A stretch of 64,000 bases of DNA from Octopus sinensis (taxonomy: Eukaryota): the NCBI RefSeq assembly GCF_006345805.1, contig NC_043006.1, forward strand, positions 40,424,001 through 40,488,000, in the 5' to 3' direction. The notes beneath the pieces were generated by a model that had not been told where the DNA came from, did no database searches, and worked only from the letters and a program-made list of their open reading frames with translations. Shown in pieces: positions 51,913 to 64,000 of the stretch. Numbering within the stretch: the stretch's first letter is position 1; each line of letters opens with the position of its first letter. A program made the position numbers and the translations under genes.

Positions 51913-53542
51913 GTGAGACAAGAATTCCTTCATTTAAAGTTATTGATGCTATTTATATGTTATTCATGGTTATTTGGATGTTTTTCTTGAATCCTAGAAT
52001 TTATAAGGCCAGTTATCTGGTTTCTATGGCGTATAAGTGACTGGAATCACAATATTCTCCCTGAATGGGATGCCAGTCCATTACAAGGTTCATGGCCAAG
52101 AATTTTGAGTGAAATGGGCAAGACAGTCACATTGGACCCTGTTGGTCTCTGTATTTGACTGATAGTTTATTCTATGGACCACTGAAAGGACGAAAGGCAA
52201 AGTTGAATTTGGTATGAGTTAAACTCAGAATGTAAAGAGCCGGAAGAAATGCTGATAAGCATTTTGTCCGACATGCAAAGAATTTTGCCAGCTTGTCATC
52301 TTTGGTTGAATGGATATTCTTTTCTACTCTGAGCATAGTTTTGGGGGAGGGGGGCCAGTCGATTAGATCGACCCCAGTATGCAACAGGTACTTAATTCAT
52401 TGACCCCAAAAGGATGAAAGGCAAAGTCAGCCTTGGCGGAATTCGAAATCAGAACATAAAGACAGATGAAATACCGCTAAGCATTTCGACTGTTGTGCTA
52501 ACTTTGGTTGAATGGATAGTGTACTAGTTAAGCAAAACAAAATAACAAAAAAATTGCAGTTCATATATTTCAAAAACTTGTTGTTGTGTGAGCAGATCAG
52601 TGAATTCTCATCGGTCAAGTCCATTTAGCATGTAAATTGGTAACTCAGAGAGGCATATCTCATTTCTGACAAATGAATCACTGGCTTTTCAATGTTCAAT
52701 CTATTTCCTCGTGATAAACACTTACCTATCTGCAATTGCCCAGTGACCTAGCTAGTTGTTTAGTGGTTATGACTGTAGAAGACTGAACTGTATGTGTGTT
52801 TTTTATTGCCTAAAGAATAATTTTAGAATAATCCTCCATATTACTTTCATAACTTATGAAAGTAGATTTGTGATATACTAGTTGATAGCTGTTGTTATTT
52901 ACCTGTAAATTTCTTCTGAGCTTTCAAGATTGAAGCCAGTGCTGATTTTCAAACTATAGTTAGATCTCAGTTCAGGCCCAACCATGAATTTCTGAAATTA
53001 ACCTCTTAACATATTATCCCATATATTTTCATTCAGAGATGTCTAGTAAATATATATTTGAACGAAAATGTACATTCACTGTACTCTGAGATATATGTTA
53101 CTTATTTCTAACCTTCGTTCAGGATGTTATTCCTGTTTTCTATCATTAATTATCAGTAATTATCATTTCTGTCAGTAATTTCATAATAAATCATAACTGA
53201 TCCAAAATAATTCGTGTACTTACTCTTCCTCATATACAGATTCAAAATAAATAATTTTTTAAATATACATTTTCGGCATCGAAACTGAAAAACAAATGTG
53301 ACTGTTAAGAGGTTAAACATACCCACGATGGCACACTACACAACACACCATAAAATATTGCATGTCGGAGAGTATAATATGGTTTTCAACTGTCTTGAAG
53401 CATCGTACATCGAAATAATCGTCTTAGTAATTTGTGACAAGTTTCTCACAAGGTTACTGAATGAGAACTGACTGGGACTGCATAACACCAATATTGATCG
53501 TAATAGTTTTAAGACATAAAACACTTGATATGTTTTTTACAG

Positions 53543-53706
53543 TGACGGAGTTCCTTACACTGGACACAGTTTTGGCAAAGGCTACGGCCCAGTATGGTTA
53601 GGAGATGTGCAGTGCACTGGAAACGAACGTTCTATTTCAGAATGTCCATCAAGTTACTGGGGTACACACAGATGTAACAGCTCCAAGGACGCCGGTGTTT
53701 ATTGCA
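53543..53706 (+). CDS. SRCR domain 8 exon B
   Basis: DGVPYTGHSFGKGYGPVWLGDVQCTGNERSISECPSSYWGTHRCNSSKDAGVYC; 164 nt. Confidence 0.95.
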
Positions 53707-53999
53707 GTACGTATTAAAAACCACAGTCTTTATTATTTATGTACTGAAGTCTGTAGAGTGGATGGAATGGTTGTTTCAGACTTGTGAATAAAGTATATAG
53801 TTATGTCCCTCTTAGGTCTGAGTTCGCACTCACTTAGGCTCGATGTTTTCTTTTATTTTTGTAAAGGTTGATAAAATAAATACTAAACGTTTTAAAACTA
53901 TACATTGAAGAGATTGATAGTATGAAAACCAGAATAGCTTATGTTTATGTTGTGTACGTTAATTTACGATATCGAAATATGTATGTGTCTGTGTGTGAT

Positions 54000-54680
54000 A
54001 AAAAAGGGGCTAATAAATCCAGGCAGATATCTATAACGCATTCAGTGTTAAGCGAATTTGGTTAACAATATCAAACAATCAGATCCTAATAAATTGAAGT
54101 AGAATTAGCATGCAAAGTAATTTTTTGTGTATGACGAATAAATTCAAATATCATTTAGAAAAATTTCAAGGAATTCGAAGTATAAGATGAAAAGAAGAAA
54201 AATGGAGGAAATCACATCTTTAATTGATGATTACACCATACATTATAGATGATAGTTGTAGCATGCCAGCACATTTAGATTTAGAACAAAAGGGTATAAA
54301 ATACCAGTCAAATTGATATATGCTTAAGGAAGAATATAAGGCATCATTACAGAGCATCGTACGTAATTCTACAAAGGTTCTGCAACAACTTAGAAATTTA
54401 GATTATATAATCATTCTACTTCATTTACGTTTAAAAGAAAATGTAATTCAACGAATTTTAGTGAATGCATTTGGGATTTAAAAGAAAGAAACATTAACTA
54501 TGATTAAAGTGGACCATTGTTAGTTACGCACCATTGTACAATACTGGTAATTTTAAATGTAATCTTTGCTTTGAGGAGATCTATTGTATAATTACTTCTA
54601 AATTAGAATTATTATATTACAGAAGTAATTTTACATTGAAATGTTCTCATAGATATAGAATAACATTTAAATATTTCAAT
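54000..54680 (+). mobile_element. Decayed PLE GIY-YIG endonuclease C-terminus
   Basis: Across frameshifts: FYKGSATT.KFRLYNHSTSF..STNFSECIWDLKE..KWTIVSYAPLY..KCNLCFEE..LLYYRS..KCSHRY. Confidence 0.65.
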
Positions 54681-55169
54681 AATAAATAACCCATTAATTA
54701 CAATTGCTTTTCAGGTAATGTAATATGCATAATATATTCAAAATATTTTTCCAGCATATTTAATAGATAGACAACTAATTGTGACGTAGAATTTCTGTTT
54801 ATTTTTTTATTCTTTCATTATCTACTGAGATCATCAAAATTTAAATACTAAACTGATTTTTCTTAGAATATTATATTTCTTCTTGACGCTCTTCTTGTAT
54901 GCATCCATCTATTGAAGATATTTTCTTAGTTCACTTCGAATTTAGCCCATTTTTGATCACCTTGATAACATTGTGCTAGCATATATTTTTAGATATATTA
55001 ATTTGACTCAAATTTTATACGTTTTTTCTATATCTAAATATGCTAAAGGTGTAATTTTCTTCATTCTTGTTCTTGTTACGTGTGTGTGCACATATATAGA
55101 CACACACACACACACACGCTTATATGCTTATATATTAAATATAATTAAACCTTTCTTATTCAACAACAG

Positions 55170-55314
55170 GAGACGTTTCTATTAGACTTATTGATGGCGA
55201 TTCTTCTGATAGTGGTCTCGTTGAATTTCGTTACAATGGTGATTGGGGAAAGATCTGCAACGACACTTGGGGCTTTGAAGAAACTTTGGTGGTATGTAGA
55301 ATGCTGGGATACAG
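55170..55314 (+). CDS. SRCR domain 9 exon A
   Basis: [47 protein letters not shown]; 145 nt. Confidence 0.93.
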
Positions 55315-55651
55315 GTACGTGATTTTCACACACATGCATGTGCACAGATACATGCATACATCATCGTTTTAGCGTCCATTTTTCCTTCTATTCATGGGTC
55401 AGATGGAATTTGGTGAGGTTTGATTTTTTTTATGGCCGGATGCTTTTCCTGTCGCCAATTTTCGCTTGTTTCTAAACAAGTTAATATATTTCCATGTCAG
55501 ATACGTTTTCATGAGAGATTAGAAACGAATGACATTGCTTGTATGATATAAAACTCGTTTAAAATTATCATAGGATATCAAGATGGGGAGGCACGTACAG
55601 GGACAGTCCGTGAGTGTATTTATTTATTACTCTTTTGCAAGAATAGTGTTG

Positions 55652-55733
55652 ACAGTGAGTTCGATATTTCGGCCTGCTGATCCTTCATCAGACTCTGATG
55701 AGAGCTAAACACCCTGAAACTTCGAAGTCACTA
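55652..55733. ncRNA. Two degenerate hammerhead motifs joined head to head
   Basis: TCATCAG-ACT-CTGATGA centre; right copy GAAA CTTCGAA GTC with palindromic ACTTCGAAGT; left copy homologous on the minus strand. Confidence 0.5.
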
Positions 55734-55985
55734 CAAACAGTATTTTTGTAAAAGAATAATAAATATGTCTTTCGCATAAAGTATTGAGTAATCACAGTAT
55801 AATATAATTTTTTTTTTTAAATATAATTCAACGTGGCTGTGTGGTAAGTAGCTGCTTACTAGCCACATGGTTCCAGGTTCAGTCCCACTGCGTGGCACCT
55901 TGGGCAAGTGTCTTCTACTATAGCTTCAGGCCGACCAAAGCCTTTTGAGTGGATTTGGTAGACGGAAACTGAAAGAAGCCCATCG

Positions 55986-56023
<38 letters not shown>

Positions 56024-57385
56024 CCTTCGAAACACGCATTGAGTCGATCCAGGGACAGCTGATGAAGGGGAATATTCCTTGTATTGTTTGTCTTGTACTC
56101 TGTTTTTTCGTTGTTAAAAAAAGTCCGTATCCTAGTTGTTTTTATGTTTTCATTTCTCGTTGTGTTCTACGTTTATTTGTGGTGTCCTGTACTCACACAC
56201 ACACATATATATATATATGTGCATGTATATATACATGTAGATGTAGGTACGTACATATATGTATGTATGCATATATTATAATTATTAAATTATATATATA
56301 TATATATATATATGTGTGTGGGTGGGTGTATTTGAGTGTCTGTGTTGATGTCCACTTCCATCGTTTGACAACCGATGCTGGTGTGTTTGCATCCCTGTAT
56401 CTTAGCAGCTCAGCAAAAGAGACCTATAGAATAAGTACTAGGCTTACAAAGACTAAGTCCTAGGATCAGTTTGCTCGACTAAAGGCAGTGCTCTAGCATG
56501 GTTGCTGACTGAAACAAATAAAAGAGTAAAAGAGCAAGTATGAGAGAGCAGCACATACCATCAAAATGACACTGGGTTTCTGCATGCATGCATGTATGTA
56601 TGTATGTATGTATGTATGTATGTATGTATGTATGTATGTATAATTATAACTACATTAAACTAACCATTTATGTAAGGTCTCAGCAGAGCAACTAAATATA
56701 CAGGAGTGATGATATTATTCATAATCGGATACTGTAATAATTCTCTTTTTTTTTTTGTCCTTTCTATTAGAACAAAATAAATATATCAATGAATTAATTA
56801 TTAATGTAATAAATATTTGATATAGAAGAACTAAATGTAATAATTGTAATGGCTAGACAACCGGGCCATCATTTCGCGTTCCTCCTGAATGAAATGTCAG
56901 TCTGTTACAGCTGAGTGGACTGGGACTATGTGAAATGAAGCACTTTGCTAAAGAACACAGAGCACCACTGGTCCAGGAATCAAAACAACGATTTTACAAT
57001 CATGAACGTAACACCCTAACCGCTAGAGAGAGATAGGCAGGGTAGAAAGACAGGCAAAGGAAGATTTGGTCATGTGATTATAGCATTCTACAAAAGCAAA
57101 ACCTCTAATATTACGAAAAATTGATATTTGGTTTTTGTTAACTTCTTATAACATAATCAGATCTTACAACTCTTGTCTTATCAGAAAAGACATATGTCGT
57201 AACATCTGGTTATGCTATAAGGAGTTAATATACATTTGTGTGTGAGTGGGCATACAAGCCTCAATATGAGCATGTGTGTGTGTGTGTTTGTGTGTGAGTG
57301 TGCATATAGGCCTCAATATAGCCTCAGGCCAACCAAAGCCTTGTGAGTGGACTTGGTAGACAGAAACTGAAAGGTGCCCGTCGTA

Positions 57386-57428
<43 letters not shown>

Positions 57429-57501
57429 ATATATATGTATATATGTGTATATATATGTATATATGTGTATATATATGTATATATGTGTATATATATATGT
57501 A

Positions 57502-57546
<45 letters not shown>

Positions 57547-57690
57547 TAAGCAATAAAGGGTTTAGCAACGAATTGCCTCACCACATACCGAATTTAGAAA
57601 TAGCAGTCAAAGAGTTATAGCTATTTCTTCTACTAGTTATAGCTATTTCTTCTACTAAAAAGGGAGATCTCAGTAAAAACAGCAATTGGA

Positions 57691-57738
<48 letters not shown>

Positions 57739-58232
57739 GTGTGTGTATATATATATATATATTATATGTGTGTGTATATATATATATATATATATGTGTG
57801 TGTGGTGTGTGTGTGTGTGTGTGTGTGCATATATGTTTGTGTGTCTGTGTTTGTCCCTCCCAACATCGCTTGACAACCGATGCTGGTGTGTTTCTTCCCC
57901 GTAACTTAGCAGTTTGGCAAAAGAGACCGATAGAATAAGTACTAGGCTTACAAAGAATAAGTTCTGGGGTTGATTTGCTCGACTAAAGGCAGTGCTCCAG
58001 CATGGCCACAGTCAAATGACTGATACAAGTAAAAGAGAAAAAGAGTAAAGAGTACATCCATGATTACATGTCTAACACATCATTCCTCTTCCAAGACAGT
58101 AGATGTTAAGGGATATTTGGCTGCTATTTCTGTAGCTCATTCCCTTAATGTCTTGTGTACGATCAGTCATTGCTGCTACTGCTGTTGCAGTTGTTGTTGC
58201 ATAGCCCTTTATCATACCATCTCTTATTCCAG

Positions 58233-58390
58233 TGATGGTGGTATATATACTTATCCTAATGAGGTCAACGAGACAGCAGTGTGGCTTGACGATGTGAAAT
58301 GCTCAGGCAAAGAGAAATCTATCGTAGACTGTGAGATGACTACTCAGCAGAAAGACAAATGTCCCAACGGTTACGCCGCAATATATTGCC
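58233..58390 (+). CDS. SRCR domain 9 exon B (divergent)
   Basis: DGGIYTYPNEVNETAVWLDDVKCSGKEKSIVDCEMTTQQKDKCPNGYAAIYC; 158 nt. Confidence 0.92.
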
Positions 58391-58494
58391 GTAAGTATGA
58401 TTTTTTCTTATTTTTCTCTTCTCTCAACAACATAAAAAAGTTAACACAAGATTAATAAAAATGCAACATAATAATATTGACGTCATAAATAGGA

Positions 58495-59290
58495 TGTCGA
58501 GCTGGCAGAATCGTTAACATGCTTGGCAAAATGCTTAGTGGCATTTCGTCTGTCTTCGAGATCTGAGTTCAAATGCCGTCATGGTTGACTTTACCTTTCA
58601 TCTTTTCGGGGTTGATAAATTAAGTACCAGTTGCGTACTGAGAAGATCTAATCAACTGGCCCCTTCCCCAAAAATTTCAGGCCTTGTGCCTAGAGTAGAA
58701 AAGAATATTCTTCCACTTCTATTAAGGGTGACGAGCTGGCAGAAACTTTAGCACCCCAGATGAAATGCTTAGCTGCATTTCGTCTGTCTTTACATTCTGA
58801 GTTCAAATTGCGCCAAGGTCGACTTTACCTTTCATCCTTTCGGAGGTCGATAAATTAAGTATCAGTTGCGTACAGGGGTTGATTTAATCAACTGGTCCCC
58901 TCCCCCAAAATTTCAGGCCTTGTGCCTAGAGTAGAAAAGAATAATATTTACATCATAAATGAGCAGCGAGATTGCAGAATCATTAAAGCACTGGGCAAAA
59001 TGCTTAACAGCATTTCATCTGTCTTCACGTTCTGAGTTCAAATTCCATCGTAGTTGACTTTGCCTTTCATCCTTTCAGGGTCAATAAAATTAAGTACCAG
59101 TGGAACACAGGGGTCGATGTAATCAACTTATCCCTCCTTTCTACTCTAGGTACAAGGGCTGAAATTTTTGAGGAGAGGGGCTAGTCGATTACATCAACCG
59201 CAGTGCAAAACTGGTACTTATTTGAACTCAGAACGTAAAGACAGACAAAATGCCGATAAGCATTTTCTGTGGCGTGCTAACGATTCTACC
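58495..59290 (+). mobile_element. Cluster of three tandem family-B SINE copies plus an inverted fragment
   Basis: Heads repeat at about 58498, 58733 and 58963. Confidence 0.7.
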
Positions 59291-59688
59291 AACTCACCAC
59301 CTTATTTAATGTATTAATCTTAACGTTTTCTTTTGTTACATAAACTTTTTCATCCTCGTCTTTTCTATGTTTTTTATGTCTTCGATTCTTCACACTTTAA
59401 AACTCCCGCCATCACAATCTGACGACTTATTTTTTCTCTACTCAGTTTTAGATACATTAAGCTTTGAGACAAGTATGATTAACTGTACCTCATTTATGCC
59501 ATGGCAGTGAGTAAAACACATGAATATGTGCAGTTATTAGCCATTTACTAATTACATGTGTGTGAGAGAAAGAGATTGGGCAAGAGACAGACAGACAATG
59601 TAGTGTAGTTTTAACAGTATGTCCATCTGTATGTCTATATATCTGTGTGTATTTGTCTCACAATCTTTCATGTTGTCGTTGTGTACAG

Positions 59689-59833
59689 GAAACATCAGCG
59701 TTAGAATTGTCGATGGACCCAATAAGGCAAGTGGTTATGTTGAGTTGCTGTACAGCGGAGTCTGGGGAACGATCTGCTCTGAAAAATGGGATCGCAACGA
59801 TGCCCTTGTAATATGTCGAATGTTGGGTTACAA
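59689..59833 (+). CDS. SRCR domain 10 exon A
   Basis: [47 protein letters not shown]; 145 nt. Confidence 0.94.
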
Positions 59834-60052
59834 GTAAGTAAATTCTTTTAATTGGACTATTGAACAGGCTCAGGTATGACTGCATGGTTAAGAGGCTTAC
59901 TTTGCAACTATGTGGTCTTGAGTTCAGTTTCACTGCACAGCCCCTTGGGCAAATGTCTTCCACTATAGCCCCAATCTGACCAATCTCTTGTGAGTAACCT
60001 TGGTTGAGAGGAAACTGTATGGAAGCCAATCATGTGTATATATAAATTTATA

Positions 60053-60279
60053 TTGGGTTGGTGCATAATTACTGCGGCTTTTTTTCAACAAATTTTATTC
60101 AATAAAAACAATAGCAATGTTTAACAAAAACATCTTTAAATGACAGTTTGACCGTTTGCCAAGCAAATGGAAAGCAGTAATTGAAGTAAATGGTGAATAT
60201 GCTCCGGAATAATCATTTAAAGATGTTTTTGTTACATATTGTTAGTGTTTTTGTTGAATAAAATTTGTTGAAAAAAGCC
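60053..60279 (+). mobile_element. Mariner-derived MITE keeping the transposase C-terminus
   Basis: TA|TTGGGTTGGTGCATAATTA TIR; about 67-bp inverted arms around FDRLPSKWKAVIEVNGEYAPE-stop. Confidence 0.7.
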
Positions 60280-60282
60280 ATA

Positions 60283-60363
<81 letters not shown>

Positions 60364-61363
60364 CATATATATATATATGTATATATGTATGTGTGTATGA
60401 CTTCTTCATGCTTGTGTTTGCTGCAACCGCTTCACAACTGTTGTTGGTTTGTTTATGTCCCTACTGAGAGAATAAGTACCAGGCATAAAAAAAATAAGCA
60501 CTGGGGTCAATTTGTTTGACTAAATCCTTCAAGGCAGTGCCCCAGCCTGGTCGCAGTACAATGACTGAAACAAATATTACAGTACCAGTAGTATATTGAA
60601 AACTACACCAAGTTCCTTGCAAAACCAGTGCAGGTGTGGCTGTGTGGTAAGAAGCTTACTTTCCAATCACATGGTTCATGGCTCAGTTCCACTGCATGGT
60701 TTCTTGGACTATAGCCCTAGGTCGATCAAAGCCTCGTGAGTGGATTTGGTTGGTGGAAACTGAAAGAAGGTGGCGAGATGGCAAAAACGTTAGCACGCTG
60801 GGCAAAATGCTTAGCGTTATTTTGTCTGCTGTTACATTTTGAGTTCAAATTCCGCTGAGGTAGACTTTGCCTCTCATCTTTTTGGGGGTCAATAAATTAA
60901 GTACCGGTTACACACTGGGGTCGATGTAATCGACCTAATCCCTTTGTCTGTCTTTGTTTGTCCCTTCTATGTTTAGCCCCTTGTGGGCAATAAAGAAATA
61001 AGGAAACTGAAAGAAGCCTATCACCTATGTGTGAAAGAAGCCTATGTGTGTGTGTGTAGATATCTATGTGCATGTGCCTTTGTGTATGTGTATGTCACTC
61101 ACCACTGCTTGACGACAGTGTTGGTTTGCTTACACGCTGTAACTTAGTGGTGCTGCAAAAGAGACCGACAAAATAAGTACGAGGCTTAAAAGAGAAAATA
61201 AGGTGCTGGGATTGATTTATTCAGCTAAAACTCTTGGCCGCAGTCAAATAATTGAAAAAAGTGAAAGATAAAAGAACGATAAAATGTTGTGTTTAGTCAT
61301 GAGACAATTATTGTTTTGTACGCGTTAATGATGTTAATGCCATTGTCTGTTATCTCTCTGTAG

Positions 61364-61521
61364 TGATGCCAGTGTGAAAAATAAGAAGAAAATCAAACTA
61401 GCATCAGAACATATGTGGCTGGGGGAAGTTGAATGCACTGGCAAAGAAAAATCCATCACTGAATGCAAGCACTCGGATTGGGGATATGAATGCTCATACG
61501 AGGCAGCAGAGTTATATTGTC
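61364..61521 (+). CDS. SRCR domain 10 exon B (divergent)
   Basis: DASVKNKKKIKLASEHMWLGEVECTGKEKSITECKHSDWGYECSYEAAELYC; 158 nt. Confidence 0.92.
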
Positions 61522-62449
61522 GTATGTATCACTATTATTTATTCATTTTCCTGTTTGAGACGGCGAGCTGGCAGCAATTTTTTTTTCCCACGAGAGTTCT
61601 GGACCCCAGTTATGAACTCAATTGCATACAGCCAATCAGAGCTCAATTATCAAACTAATTTATGTGATGGGCATAACATGTTGGACGATAAGATAAGGTC
61701 ACGAGTTGGCAGAACTGTTAGCATGCTGGACGAAATGCTTAACAGCATTTTGTCTGCCGCTACATTCTGAGTTCAAATTCCGTTAAGGTTGACTTTGCCT
61801 TTCATCCTTTAGGGGTCGATAAAGTAAGTACCATTGAAATATTGGGGTCGATGTAAATCAACTAGTCTCCTCCCATCAAATTTCAGACCTTGTGCCTCCA
61901 GTAGAAAGGATTATTTGTTTGTTTCCCATCACGTTTTGTTTAATAGTTGTATAAAGAAAACTGGTAATAACTGATACTCTGTCAGTTACAATGATGAGTG
62001 TTCCATTGGTTTGATCAACAGAACTATATGATGTGAATTTAACATGAAAGTGGTTGAGCAGTCCACAGATATGCATACTCTTAACATAGTTCTCAGGAAG
62101 ATTCTGTGTGACACAGAATGTGACAAGACTGGGCCTTTGAAATACAGGTACTACTCATTTTTACTTGTTGAGTGGACTGGAGCAATGTGAAATAAAGTGT
62201 CTTGCTCAAGGACACAAAGCATCACCGGGAATTGAACTCATGACCTTGTGATCGTGAGCCTAACATTCTAACCATTGAACCACGCACTTTCACAAAAGAA
62301 ACTATAATCATTTATGGAATTCTAGTAGTCTTCGGTATTTTTTGTTATCGTTTAATCTGGGGAGAAACAGTGGTGCCCATAACATTTTGTGAGGACTTTG
62401 AAACCTATCTTCAGAATGGTCCCACAGCCAAAATGCTTGGAACAGAATT

Positions 62450-62900
62450 TACTTAGGTGCCTCCGCATCGAATGACATACGAAGCAGTCAAAGTACTCCA
62501 GCAAGGTCGGTCAGCAACCACCCTCAGTTCATCATTCCATCGTGCATCATTCCAGTTGAAGGTCCCTGTCGATCGCCTAGTCTCAGATCATCATCCCCTG
62601 TGTCGTTGCCTCTGAGGGCAACACTTAAGAACTATAAGACTGTTCGTCTATGGTTTTACAACATGTTTCAGTCAATTCATTTGGTGCTTGCAGCTGGTGA
62701 TGTAAACTGGGCATTGGTCAGCTCATCTTCTGAGCTCGTTCCTAATAAAGTATTCCTGTTTCGTACCTAGTATTTTCAGGAGGCATCTCCAATCAAAAGC
62801 ATCCAGTTTTTCCTTGGTTGGTGTTCAGGTGCCATGGTTGGTGCTCACAGACATATAGAAGAATAGGATGCAACAGCATAAAACCCTGCTAAATGCACTC
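62450..62900 (-). mobile_element. RTE-clade LINE 3' fragment
   Basis: KEKLDAFDWRCLLKILG..IRNELRR with stops. Confidence 0.65.
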
Positions 62901-62991
62901 ACCATAAGTAAGATGGTGATGTTAAACTTATCAATGATTTAAGCCCACTAGCCACGCATGATCTTAACATAGTCTCTTGTTTTTAATTTAG

Positions 62992-63136
62992 GTAACATTT
63001 CTGTAAAACTTGTGGACGGTCAAATTCCCTCTGAAGGTCGGGTGGAAGTATTCTACAACAACTCCTGGGGAACTGTCTGTGATGACAGCTGGCGAGAAGA
63101 AAATGCCCAGGTGATCTGTCAGATGCTTGGATACAG
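62992..63136 (+). CDS. SRCR domain 11 exon A (gene continues beyond window)
   Basis: [47 protein letters not shown]; 145 nt, donor AG|GTAAAG. Confidence 0.94.
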
Positions 63137-63325
63137 GTAAAGTATTAGAATTTACATGGAAATTGATGTATAGATATTTGGTTTTAGGGTTATATCATTA
63201 TTAGAAATGTACTGACTTAGTATTAAATGAGATGTTACTGGTTAAAGTAGACATATATATGTACGTTTAAGTGTATGTATGTATATATATATGTGTGTGT
63301 GTGTGTGTATGTATAAGTATATATA

Positions 63326-63385
<60 letters not shown>

Positions 63386-63499
63386 CATCATCATCATCAT
63401 TGTTTAATGATACACATTGTGTATTTTCAATTATTTTATTATTGATTTCAGTCAAGGGTTGTGACCATGTTGGAGTACCACCCCTGGCATTAATGCCTG

Positions 63500-63750
63500 C
63501 TTATCTTAGACATGTTTTCCAGTCCTATTTCAGGAATCTGTCCTGGTGAAGTAATTAGTCGGTCAGAGATGCCGTTCTTTGTATTTCTTGTCTAATTGAT
63601 CTTTGACCACATTCGTATCTACTGCTCGTGGATCTATGAAGCCTTTTGGAAAGGGGTTGAAAAGCTGTGGACCTTTGAACTCTAAACTGTTACAGTATTG
63701 GTTCCTTACACTGGACAGAAGGGTAAGATTTTTGGTACTCAGCAATGGCA
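63500..63750 (-). mobile_element. CR1/L2-like LINE 3' fragment
   Basis: NSLEFKGPQLFNPFPK..VKDQLDK resembles the post-RT C-terminus. Confidence 0.55.
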
Positions 63751-64000
63751 CCCACTCAGGTGATTGGCATGGCTTTCAATCCCAAAGTTGTGTGTCAGAC
63801 TTTCCAGGATCTTCCACACACACACACATGTATGTGTGTGTTTGTGTTTGTGTGTATGTATGTATGTATACACACACACATACATACTTATGTGTGCGTA
63901 TATGTATATATATATATATATACATATATATACGGCAGGGGGTGGTGGTAATCCCTGCAGTACTCTTTCACCACAACTTTCTCTCACTCTTTCTTCTGTT

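Noticed and set aside
56030-56085. Type II hammerhead (GAAAC before CTGATGA), also at about 22770-22810
   Set aside because: Stem I does not close and the NUH geometry fails. Probably a permuted, decayed pLTR.

Overview
Eukaryotic, AT-rich, microsatellite- and SINE-dense genomic DNA. The repeat families look like octopus/coleoid cephalopod (my inference). Two + strand host genes are reconstructed. (1) The last two coding exons of RCC1 (1410-1515, 3793-3853). (2) A large secreted scavenger-receptor gene: a signal-peptide exon (14509-14587) followed by 21 strictly alternating phase 1-2 / 2-1 exons encoding 10 complete plus one half group-A (6-Cys, two-exon) SRCR domains. It has essentially no linkers and runs off the right edge. 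The introns hold tRNA-type SINEs, mariner, piggyBac-like and Helitron-like elements, LINE 3' ends and many Penelope-like element (PLE) remnants. The most striking signal is a recurrent head-to-head fold-back architecture of elements carrying minimal type I hammerhead ribozymes, at 2.3, 19-21, 27.8-30.0, 50.0-50.4 and 55.7 kb. Several are anchored in (TA)n, and in four of five the junction sits at or within about 8 nt of the ribozyme core. They include a 549-bp tandem retrozyme-like array. A second notable signal is SRCR domain 4, which has lost both cysteines of the same disulfide. All alignments and folds were done by eye and no database search was run.
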